The notes below the pieces were generated by a model. That model saw nothing but the letters and a program-made list of their open reading frames with translations, searched no databases and was not told the DNA's origin. From a virus (lineage: Duplodnaviria > Caudoviricetes): a stretch of DNA of 58,930 nucleotides. Positions 1 through 8,110 of the stretch are shown one piece after another (position 1 is the stretch's first letter; each line of letters opens with the position of its first letter). The position numbers and the translations under genes were made by a program. The stretch spans positions 1 to 58,930 of the IMG/VR virus record IMGVR_UViG_3300021389_000024, one strand, 5' to 3'.

Positions 1-1099
1 ACTGTACGTAGGACTGGGCCCCTGAACCATTGCTTGCGTTTGACCCAACAACCATACCAGCAGCTGACTTACTACCATTAGACTCAGTTGCAACTTGCAG
101 TACAAACATAGCATTAAGATCGCCTGTATGACTAGCTGTAGTAGTATTTAATGTGCTAATCGAACTGGTGTTGCCATTAACAGTAGAGGTCAAACTAGTC
201 ACAGAAGACGCAGTAGAACTTTGTGCATTTGTAACAGTAACAATGTCTGACTGAGCGGTAGCCATAGCCGCAGTTAAAGTACTGCCAGTAAAACTTGTAC
301 TTCCAAATACATTAACTAACGTTGCATCACGTCCTGCTACCCAAGCATTGTTTGATGTGTTTCTTGTGTATATTTGACCATCGTCTGTATCAAACCAAAT
401 ATCATTGGGTTGTAAAGCATCACCGTTTGTTCTAGTGCTAGGTTCGCTAGAACTTTTAATAATAGTCGCTGCGGTTGTACTAGTGGCTAATAAGTTATAT
501 CCAGGTAAGTCTGCTAATGTTTCGCTAAGGGCGGCCATAGTCGCCCCTATGTTTTCTACGGTTGTAGCACTAGCCATGTTTGACCAAGGCCCTGGAGTAT
601 TAGAAGTGCTTACAAATCTTACCCAATAATAATACGTACTATCATATTCAAGCCCTTTATCTGTGTATATAAAAGCACTAGTAGTACCAACCAATACTGC
701 ACTGCTTAGATCTTCGCTTTGTGATCTCCAGATTTCTGTAAAAGCATGATTTCCATAAGGAGCAGTATTAGTAGACTGATTCCAAGACAAAAGAACATCG
801 GTAAAAAGGCCACTAGCAGTAAGCACCGTAGGAGCTGGTGGTACAACTACATCTCCCGGTTTTTCTCTAAGTGGAGCAAAACCAGTTGCGCCAGTATTTG
901 GGTTGTATGGTTCTTGGGCTAGATCTGTAGCTAAACCGCTGTCTATAAGCTCGCGTAAAGTTACGGCTCTATCTTTAGGATCACCCCGTCTACCAAGCCG
1001 CACTTCAAGCGCTTCTTTTATAGACTCTAAAGCTAGTCCTGTTTCTCTATCTACTTGAGCCGGAATATTTTTAAGGGCTGGAATTTTGGTTTCAGCCAT
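1..1099 (-). CDS. Tail/host-specificity protein, partial (runs off the window start; not in ORF track)
   Basis: ATG at 1099 overlaps the upstream stop (TAATG). Open frame MAETKIPALKNIPAQVDRETGLALESIKEALEVRLGRRGDPKDRAVTLRELID..., an FN3-like segment (LSW...TEIWRS...YYYWVRFVS), then Ser/Thr-rich coiled coil, as in tail tip/fibre proteins. Confidence 0.75.
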   Translation of the reverse strand, partial: MAETKIPALKNIPAQVDRETGLALESIKEALEVRLGRRGDPKDRAVTLRELIDSGLATDLAQEPYNPNTGATGFAPLREKPGDVVVPPAPTVLTASGLFTDVLLSWNQSTNTAPYGNHAFTEIWRSQSEDLSSAVLVGTTSAFIYTDKGLEYDSTYYYWVRFVSTSNTPGPWSNMASATTVENIGATMAALSETLADLPGYNLLATSTTAATIIKSSSEPSTRTNGDALQPNDIWFDTDDGQIYTRNTSNNAWVAGRDATLVNVFGSTSFTGSTLTAAMATAQSDIVTVTNAQSSTASSVTSLTSTVNGNTSSISTLNTTTASHTGDLNAMFVLQVATESNGSKSAAGMVVGSNASNGSGAQSYVQ

Positions 1100-3114
1100 T
1101 AGATTCCTCTTATTTCATCTATTGATTCGGCAATACAAACTTCATTAACTACTTTCGCAGAAGATACTTCTATTGCAAAATCTTTAAAAACTCTAGGGGG
1201 TAGCCTAAGAATGGGTTCGGGTATATTAGTAGAACTTATACTTACAGTACTACCGGCAGCATTAACATAACTGCCTGAGACTGAGTGTTGTGTACCAGAA
1301 AGAGCAATAGTGCCTGTATAGAACAAAGTGCCATCTCCATAAACTTTTACTGTAACAGGAAAGGCTTCAGCATCTACTTTTACAAAACCCATGCTGGTTG
1401 GTTTAGGCGTAACAAAATCTTTAGACTTCCAAGTGTAGGTTTGATCCGTTGTACCACCTTGAAACTTTTTAATTTGGTTTGCAATAATTAAGTATGCATT
1501 GCCATCATCAGGATCTGTAAATGTACCTCTTACAAGCGCACTGGCTGTTAAAGTAGTAAAAACTTTATTTCCCCCTCGAGGATCAAATATAAAACCACCA
1601 AAACCAGAACCCGTGTTGTAAAAGCCCAAGTACCTACCTTTCCACAAAGTAGCATTAATAGTGCTTGGGTAATATTCAGATTGCCACTGGTCGGGAGTAA
1701 TCAAACCCTCTGTAATTGTTTGCACATTATTACCTGCTGCTGCTACCAAACCTTCTGTACCTGCATATAAAACTACTGTGCCTAAATCTACAATAGAAGT
1801 TTTACTCAAACAGGCTTGCGGGGTTTCCATACGAAGTGCGCTCATAGAAGCAGGATCAGTACCAGCTATAAGATAGGGCCTACCTTCAGTAGTTACAATT
1901 AAACCATTTCCTATAGAAGCTATGCCCACTATGGGGTCTTCTAGTGTAAGCCTATAGCTTGTGGGCCAGGCATGAGGTAAAAACTTTTCTGAAAAACATA
2001 AACGCTTGCCTGTAAAGCCCGCCATTACTCCATTTGGCATTGCAGTTAAACCCTTCATTGGCCCATCTGGATATACATTAGTATCATCGTCTGGTGGTGC
2101 AATCCAATAAGTTGAAGGGATTATCTCTGACAACTCATCATTATCAGATGTATCATCATAACTAGTAGTTGCCATTGCAACTTCTGCAACAAACTGAAAA
2201 GCTGTTGTATTAGAGCCCGTATTAGATCTGTATATACGTTTTGTACCAGCACTAGAACCAAAATTATTATTTGATTTAGCACCGGCTGTTGATAAGTTAC
2301 TCACAGTAATTACAGCGTTGTCATCAGTTGTGATCACTGTAGAAGCTGCCGATGGGGGTCCTTCTTCCCCATAGGAACTTACAAATGTATAAACATAAGA
2401 AGTAGAAAAATCTGGCAAAGCATCTGTTGTAGCATTAAAAGTAGCCCCGTCAGTTACACTACTAGATGTACTAGCCCCAGTTGCGTCTACTGAAACTTTG
2501 ATAGTCAGTGTTGTAGCACTAGGTACTGTTAATATGCGATGTTCTTGATTTAAGTTGTCTGCAGGAACAGCATTTTGAGCACTAAATCCTGCAAGCTTAA
2601 CATATTCTCCAACCGAAGCTCCGTGATTACTAGCCGTGGTAACTGTTATTGAAGGAGAGCCAGTGACCGTAGTTAAAGTAGCGTCAATTGATACCGGTGT
2701 TTTAATTGCAACGGCTGGAGTATTTGGAGGGGCTTCAATTCCCAACCTAAAAAAAGCGTTAGGGTATACAGATCCTCCAATAATATTAGTGCTTCTGCCC
2801 ATACGGGGGAAAGATTGACCAGTCCAATAGACTGTATTGTTAGTGTCGCCGGCAATTGGACCAGGTACAACGTCTACGTCTTCATCAAACTGCAGCCATT
2901 GAGTATCAGTGTATTTATATATGCTTTGTCTATTAGAATTAGACAAAGTGGTTACATCTGCTTTTGGGTTTACAACTGTGTCATCAGTTATAGGGGTTAA
3001 ACGCTGACTTTCTAAGTTAACGTTGGAAGCTGTTTGGGCTAGAGTTTCTTCTAGTAATCGAGGTGAGACCTGCGGAGCAATTCCACCAAACTGGATAAGT
3101 TTAAAATACGCCAT
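1099..3114 (-). CDS. Tail nozzle / stabilization (tail tubular B-like) protein with inserted beta-rich domain
   Basis: 671 aa; N-terminal FGGIAPQVSPRLL, YVYTFVSSYGEEGPPS, RLCFSEKFLPHAWP, YTWKSKDF motifs typical of podovirus nozzle proteins; insertion at about 2430-2690. Confidence 0.7.
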   Translation of the reverse strand: MAYFKLIQFGGIAPQVSPRLLEETLAQTASNVNLESQRLTPITDDTVVNPKADVTTLSNSNRQSIYKYTDTQWLQFDEDVDVVPGPIAGDTNNTVYWTGQSFPRMGRSTNIIGGSVYPNAFFRLGIEAPPNTPAVAIKTPVSIDATLTTVTGSPSITVTTASNHGASVGEYVKLAGFSAQNAVPADNLNQEHRILTVPSATTLTIKVSVDATGASTSSSVTDGATFNATTDALPDFSTSYVYTFVSSYGEEGPPSAASTVITTDDNAVITVSNLSTAGAKSNNNFGSSAGTKRIYRSNTGSNTTAFQFVAEVAMATTSYDDTSDNDELSEIIPSTYWIAPPDDDTNVYPDGPMKGLTAMPNGVMAGFTGKRLCFSEKFLPHAWPTSYRLTLEDPIVGIASIGNGLIVTTEGRPYLIAGTDPASMSALRMETPQACLSKTSIVDLGTVVLYAGTEGLVAAAGNNVQTITEGLITPDQWQSEYYPSTINATLWKGRYLGFYNTGSGFGGFIFDPRGGNKVFTTLTASALVRGTFTDPDDGNAYLIIANQIKKFQGGTTDQTYTWKSKDFVTPKPTSMGFVKVDAEAFPVTVKVYGDGTLFYTGTIALSGTQHSVSGSYVNAAGSTVSISSTNIPEPILRLPPRVFKDFAIEVSSAKVVNEVCIAESIDEIRGI

Positions 3115-3115
3115 A

Positions 3116-3403
3116 TCATCTGAAAGTATACATTATTCCGGCCATAACCGCTGAAAAGACAATCCAAAACACACGTTCACCGTTGCTTACGTCTTTTTTA
3201 TTTAGTTTAGCAGTTTGTTCAACAGTTTCGACTCTGTCTTCAAGTCTATCTAAACGCATAATAAACCTTTCGTTTTGTTTCAATACAGTGGTTACCCTTT
3301 CCTCTATACGAGCAATAGTTATGACAGCGTCTGCAAGCCTGTCTATTTTGTTTTCTAATTTATCTAATCTATTTGATACGTCGTCGATCACTTGTAACTC
3401 CAT
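3116..3403 (-). CDS. Coiled-coil protein with C-terminal TM helix (putative holin/lysis accessory)
   Basis: Heptad repeat (RLDKLENKIDRLADAV) plus hydrophobic C-terminus; adjacent to endolysin. Confidence 0.5.
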   Translation of the reverse strand: MELQVIDDVSNRLDKLENKIDRLADAVITIARIEERVTTVLKQNERFIMRLDRLEDRVETVEQTAKLNKKDVSNGERVFWIVFSAVMAGIMYTFR

Positions 3404-3768
3404 ATATGTGGTCGAGGTCTACTTGGTTGTGCATCGAGCGTGTCAAGATGTATGAACCGGCTATCGCCATGCTGTTTTACTCCCAGCCCTGTAATACCAT
3501 GTTTAAGGGCTACTTCAATTAATTTTAAAGCGTCCTTGCCACGTATTAGTATGTCGATTGCTTTACCAGAAGCATGGGCTCCTGGTGTTTTTTTCTTGGC
3601 TTCTATTGGATGAGTTTTATCTCTATAAGCGCTGGTTACTATAAAAGGCACTCCTACCTCTTCTCGTATTATATCTAGTTTATGCATGAAGTCATCATCC
3701 ATTTTGCATAAACCTGTATGTTTACACTTTACTTCGTCTTCAGAAAAATATTTCCAATTAGCCATCAT
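3388..3768 (-). CDS. Endolysin, peptidase M15A family
   Basis: KYFSEDEVKCK, VTSAYR, H-x6-D (HASGKAID) and FIHLD zinc-binding motifs. Confidence 0.85.
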   Translation of the reverse strand: MMANWKYFSEDEVKCKHTGLCKMDDDFMHKLDIIREEVGVPFIVTSAYRDKTHPIEAKKKTPGAHASGKAIDILIRGKDALKLIEVALKHGITGLGVKQHGDSRFIHLDTLDAQPSRPRPHIWSYK

Positions 3769-4003
3769 CTTCCTCTTGTGGGTTAGGTTTAATTTTATCT
3801 TCTTTAATAAAAGCTTTTACCTCTTCAGAGATATGTAGCTGTGCACTTTGTTTAACTTTTAAATCAAACGCAAGTTCTGCTATAGCGCCCTGCAACTTAA
3901 TCAAAAGGTTAAGATGCTCTAAAACCCTAGGGGTAAGATTTTCTATTAAATACTGTTCACCATTGAAATTGACCGAATCAATTTCTTGTTTTTTATCTGA
4001 CAT
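3758..4003 (-). CDS. Hypothetical protein
   Basis: 81-aa ORF with AAGGAG RBS, tightly packed in the operon. Confidence 0.6.
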   Translation of the reverse strand: MSDKKQEIDSVNFNGEQYLIENLTPRVLEHLNLLIKLQGAIAELAFDLKVKQSAQLHISEEVKAFIKEDKIKPNPQEEDDG

Positions 4004-4006
4004 AGG

Positions 4007-4492
4007 TTACTCCTTATTTTTGCCGGATGAGTTGGAAGCTCCAAAGTAAAAAGAAATAACAGCACTAGCTAGGCCTCCTAAATACCCCAAAACCAAGTTA
4101 ATTAAAGCCTCACTATTTTGTTCTGGTGGTTGTAGAGTTACTAAAAATATATAACCCATAAACCCAGAAATAGTAATAAACCCTAAAGTTCTTGTTGTCC
4201 AATCTTTACTAAACTTAACACGTGCGTCTTGTTTATCTTCGGTTTCTAAAGCAAAAATATCAACTTCTAGTTCTTTCATTTGAACTTCAAATTGTTTTTC
4301 AGCTTTTTTAAGTTCAAGCATTTGTTCTGGACTTGCAGTTTGTATTGCCTGACTAATTGCTTTAGGTTCTGGGGCACACCCAAGTACCTGCGCAACGACT
4401 GAAGCCGCTTGCCCACCTAAAGGCCCACCTAAAGCAGATCCTAGTGTTGGTGCAACTGCACCTATTACGTTCTTAATTAAATTAAACTTCAT
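4007..4492 (-). CDS. Putative holin-like membrane protein
   Basis: GAVAPTLGSALGGPLGG N-terminus, coiled coil, DARVK, two C-terminal TM helices ending VISFYFGAS; lies in the lysis cassette. Confidence 0.6.
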   Translation of the reverse strand: MKFNLIKNVIGAVAPTLGSALGGPLGGQAASVVAQVLGCAPEPKAISQAIQTASPEQMLELKKAEKQFEVQMKELEVDIFALETEDKQDARVKFSKDWTTRTLGFITISGFMGYIFLVTLQPPEQNSEALINLVLGYLGGLASAVISFYFGASNSSGKNKE

Positions 4493-4511
4493 GTTTACTC
4501 CTTATTATAAA

Positions 4512-4772
4512 TTAGTTAGCTGCAATATATGCTTTGCCGGTTGTAATTGCCGTTGTATAGCTAGACTTATCTGATGAGTCTCCTACTACGTCAGGTTCTG
4601 TATAAGCCAAGATAAGCTCAAGATGGTCTACATTTCTTTGTATCATCTCGTTAATTTCTTCCTGAGACATGCCTAGAACTACATGAGCAGATGAACTGCC
4701 ATTATCGTTTACATCATTTATCAAATTTACAGAATCTGTTGCTGATGTTAATACTTCTGTTACTGTTTGCAT
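4512..4772 (-). CDS. Hypothetical tail-fibre-associated protein
   Basis: 86-aa ORF directly after a tail fibre gene. Confidence 0.55.
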   Translation of the reverse strand: MQTVTEVLTSATDSVNLINDVNDNGSSSAHVVLGMSQEEINEMIQRNVDHLELILAYTEPDVVGDSSDKSSYTTAITTGKAYIAAN

Positions 4773-4773
4773 A

Positions 4774-6606
4774 TTATCCCTCTAGAGTTTCAATTCTTGC
4801 TGTCAAAGCATCTATCTTATCATCAGCTTCTTGCAATGCTTTTACTAGCATTGGTATGAGTGCAGCTTCTCCTAAACTTTGTAACCCGCCATTATCTGCA
4901 TCCTCTGACCATAGTTCTACTTTTTCGGCAGGAATACTTTCAGCATCTAGCGCAGCTTTTACTTCTTGTGCAATGAATCCGTTCATCCAACCTTGATCGT
5001 AATCTTCTACTTCTTCGTCTTTCCAAGGCGCAGGTAATTCGCTATTTAATTTAAGTTTGTAGTTAACTGGTCTTAATCTATTAATGAAAGATAGACCATA
5101 AGTACAATCTTCTATGTTCTTCTTAATTCTTTCATCAGAACTTGCAGATACTGTAGTACTTCCTGTGAGTAGTCTTACATAAGCTGAACTTCCATTATGT
5201 ACTGACAATGCATAGTCCTGTGTATTTTGTCCGCCCGCATTGTTGTAACCTATAGCAAACCTATGATTTGCATTACTTGGTATGCTTACGCTATAGCCAA
5301 TCGCTACATTTCTATAACCATTTCCTGTGTGATACCCTGAACTGTAACCTATACAAGTATTAGAATGCCCAGAAGAACCGTTATATAAGCTGTGTACGCC
5401 TATAGCAACATTATATCCACCGCCAGTTTGGTTGTAGAGAGCTTGATGTCCTATTGCTACATTTCCATTTACTGCACCTGTACTGCCACTTCCAGCATTG
5501 TCTCCAATCATGACATTTTCATTACCAACACTTATGGCATAACCTGCAGCTTTACCAATACAAACATTACTAGAGCCTGTTGAGTTTGTATACAAAGCTG
5601 TATAACCTACAGCAGTATTACTTGAGCCTGTTGTTGAATTGAATCCTGCATTAGAACCAACCCAAGTGTCATAATCACCAGTTGTATGCAAATAACCTGT
5701 TTGTTTTCCTAGAGCAGTACAATTTGATGCACCATTAGATGTTTGCATTGCCAAGCCACCAATTGCAACATTTGACCCTGAAGTCGCTTCTGTTTTTAAA
5801 GCTTCAGAACCTATTGCAACATTCCAAGAACTATTACTTGCAGATAATGCTTTATAACCAACTGCTACGTTGTTAGCACCTGTAGTGTTTGCTGTTAAAG
5901 CTGTATAACCTACAGCTGTATTGTTACTTGCTGTGGTGTTTGCAAATAAAGATTTAAAACCAACCGCTGTGTTGTTATCTGCACCATTTAAAGTTTGCAA
6001 AGCTCTTGCACCTAAAGCAGTATTATAATTATTACCATCTTCAGTAAATAAAGCTGCATAACCAACCGCAGTGTTTTCACGACCTGTTGTAACATCTGTT
6101 CCTGCTAAGTGTCCAACAAAAGTATTCTGCAATCCAGTAGTAAGTGCATTACCTGCACTTTGTCCAATTGCTGTATTACTATCACCACTGGTTAAAGCTG
6201 CAAAAACATCTACACCAACACCAGTATTATTATCAGCAGCATCTATTGTTCCTGTAGCATCGTCTCCAATCATTATGGAGGATGTACCAAAGGTTTTAAA
6301 TGTAGGACCACCAGCAGGTGCATCTTCCCAAGCAACTCCGCTACCAGTAGATGTTAGAAGTTGTCCATCTGTGCCTTGACCGCCGTTGATCTTAAAATTC
6401 TGTCCGTCAACCAATGGGCTTGTAACTGAGGTAGCAATCGTTACAGCATTTTCTATCTTTGCCCCTGTAACAGCATCATCAACTATAGATGCTGTTACTA
6501 CAGCATTAGATGCTAACTTATCTGCGTTTACCGCATCATCCGCAATCTTAGCCGTAGCAATTGCATCATCTGCTATTAGTTCACTTGGTATTTTTGTGTT
6601 TGCCAT
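4774..6606 (-). CDS. Tail fibre with 14-aa beta-roll repeats and C-terminal intramolecular chaperone (peptidase S74-like)
   Basis: IADDA N-terminal repeats; many NTAVGxxAL repeats; SSDERIKKNI cleavage motif, GFIAQEV, coiled-coil end LQEADDKIDALTARIETLEG. Confidence 0.85.
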   Translation of the reverse strand: MANTKIPSELIADDAIATAKIADDAVNADKLASNAVVTASIVDDAVTGAKIENAVTIATSVTSPLVDGQNFKINGGQGTDGQLLTSTGSGVAWEDAPAGGPTFKTFGTSSIMIGDDATGTIDAADNNTGVGVDVFAALTSGDSNTAIGQSAGNALTTGLQNTFVGHLAGTDVTTGRENTAVGYAALFTEDGNNYNTALGARALQTLNGADNNTAVGFKSLFANTTASNNTAVGYTALTANTTGANNVAVGYKALSASNSSWNVAIGSEALKTEATSGSNVAIGGLAMQTSNGASNCTALGKQTGYLHTTGDYDTWVGSNAGFNSTTGSSNTAVGYTALYTNSTGSSNVCIGKAAGYAISVGNENVMIGDNAGSGSTGAVNGNVAIGHQALYNQTGGGYNVAIGVHSLYNGSSGHSNTCIGYSSGYHTGNGYRNVAIGYSVSIPSNANHRFAIGYNNAGGQNTQDYALSVHNGSSAYVRLLTGSTTVSASSDERIKKNIEDCTYGLSFINRLRPVNYKLKLNSELPAPWKDEEVEDYDQGWMNGFIAQEVKAALDAESIPAEKVELWSEDADNGGLQSLGEAALIPMLVKALQEADDKIDALTARIETLEG

Positions 6607-6607
6607 T

Positions 6608-6925
6608 TTATGTTACCTCGTCCCATGCTTTTGTTGTTTCGTTCCATGTATATATCTCACCATCACTAGGATATGCAACTGGACATTCCCATTGACAAGT
6701 GCTTTCATTCAAAGTCCAAGATGGGTACGGTTGTGGGGCTATAAAAGCATCTTTTGCTGAATCATAAGAAAAACCTATGCCTGCATAATTTTTTCTTATA
6801 GAGCCATCTATTTTAGTTTCTATCCATTGTCCTGGAGTATTATCATAAAAAGTATTAAAGAAACTTTCTTCTGCTGTTATTACATTTACTACTTTTCCAT
6901 CGATTACTTTTGCGTAATGTGCCAT
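6608..6925 (-). CDS. Tail-fibre-associated protein
   Basis: MAHYAKV...RKNYAGIGFSYD...DAFIAPQPYPSWTLNE...W pattern, commonly found next to Gly-rich phage tail proteins. Confidence 0.65.
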   Translation of the reverse strand: MAHYAKVIDGKVVNVITAEESFFNTFYDNTPGQWIETKIDGSIRKNYAGIGFSYDSAKDAFIAPQPYPSWTLNESTCQWECPVAYPSDGEIYTWNETTKAWDEVT

Positions 6926-6934
6926 ATTTTCCTC

Positions 6935-8110
6935 TTATGTTGCGTATCTAAAGATTACTATTCCTGAGCCGCCAGCTTTACCAGCGTAATTCTGTCCGCC
7001 ACCGCCTCCACCGCCTGTGTTAGCTGTGCCAGCTACTCCATTATCAGATCCACCGCCGCCACCGGCACCACCACCGCCAGTACCGCCTGCACCTCCACTA
7101 CCACCATAGCCGGCGCCACCACCGCCGCCTGCGTAGTATGTTCCATTTAACCATTGTTTTCCTGCGCCACCTGCACTACCGTCAGCAGACCCACCAGCCG
7201 AAGCTGCAGCAGATTTGCCTCCACCGCCACCGCCGCCATAAGTTCCACCATTACCACCAAGATTACCTTGACCTGATGTAGCATCCCCAACATTAGCACT
7301 TGTACCACCTGAACCTCTGTAACCAGATGCACCGCCACTTGAGCCACCTGCATTACCTCTACCATCACCACCGTTTGCCCCAGTGTGACCACCGCCACCA
7401 CCACCACCAACTGCTGTTGTTAGAGCTAATCCTGAAACCGAGGAAACGCCTCCATCACTTCCATCTGCTTGGAATCCGCCACCTGCACCGCCTGCACCAA
7501 CTACTACAGTATGAGTTCCACTTAGTGTTTGACCTGTGTATTCAAGCATACCACCAGCACCGCCTCCGCCAGCATAGTATCTACCTCCACCGCCACCACC
7601 TCCGGCAACGATTAGTATATCTACACTACCTTTATCGACTGGTGCAGAAATTGTTCCACTAGATGTAAAAGTGTGGTATGTATACCCACCTGCTGTTGAT
7701 GTTGTACCACCAGTTACAGGAAATGACCCTATCATTGTTGAACCATATCCTATATTTGACCATGCATTAGCATTGCTTGTAGCATCAGTGCAACACCACA
7801 TATTTCCACTATTCTTATTAAGCCACAAAGTACCAACTCCTGTAGATGGGTTTGTGTTTGTTGCAGGATCAGAGGTTGCTACTGTTACATCTGTTAAATC
7901 AGCAAAAGCACTAGCTGCATCTGCAAAAGATAAAGTTCCACTACCATCTGTTTTTAAGAATTGACCATCAGAGCCATCGCTTACATTTAAAGCTGAAATA
8001 CCAACTGCATCGTCTGCAATTAAAGCACTTGTAATAGCATCATCTGCAATCGCAGCAGTGGTTACTGCATCGTCTGCTATTACTCTTGATGTGATCTTAG
8101 TGTTTGCCAT
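6935..8110 (-). CDS. Glycine-rich tail fibre/spike protein
   Basis: IADDA repeats, YTYHTFTSSGT, IVAGGGGGG, YYAGGGGG, GTANTGGGGGG, GGSGIVIFRY. Confidence 0.8.
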   Translation of the reverse strand: MANTKITSRVIADDAVTTAAIADDAITSALIADDAVGISALNVSDGSDGQFLKTDGSGTLSFADAASAFADLTDVTVATSDPATNTNPSTGVGTLWLNKNSGNMWCCTDATSNANAWSNIGYGSTMIGSFPVTGGTTSTAGGYTYHTFTSSGTISAPVDKGSVDILIVAGGGGGGGRYYAGGGGAGGMLEYTGQTLSGTHTVVVGAGGAGGGFQADGSDGGVSSVSGLALTTAVGGGGGGGHTGANGGDGRGNAGGSSGGASGYRGSGGTSANVGDATSGQGNLGGNGGTYGGGGGGGKSAAASAGGSADGSAGGAGKQWLNGTYYAGGGGGAGYGGSGGAGGTGGGGAGGGGGSDNGVAGTANTGGGGGGGQNYAGKAGGSGIVIFRYAT

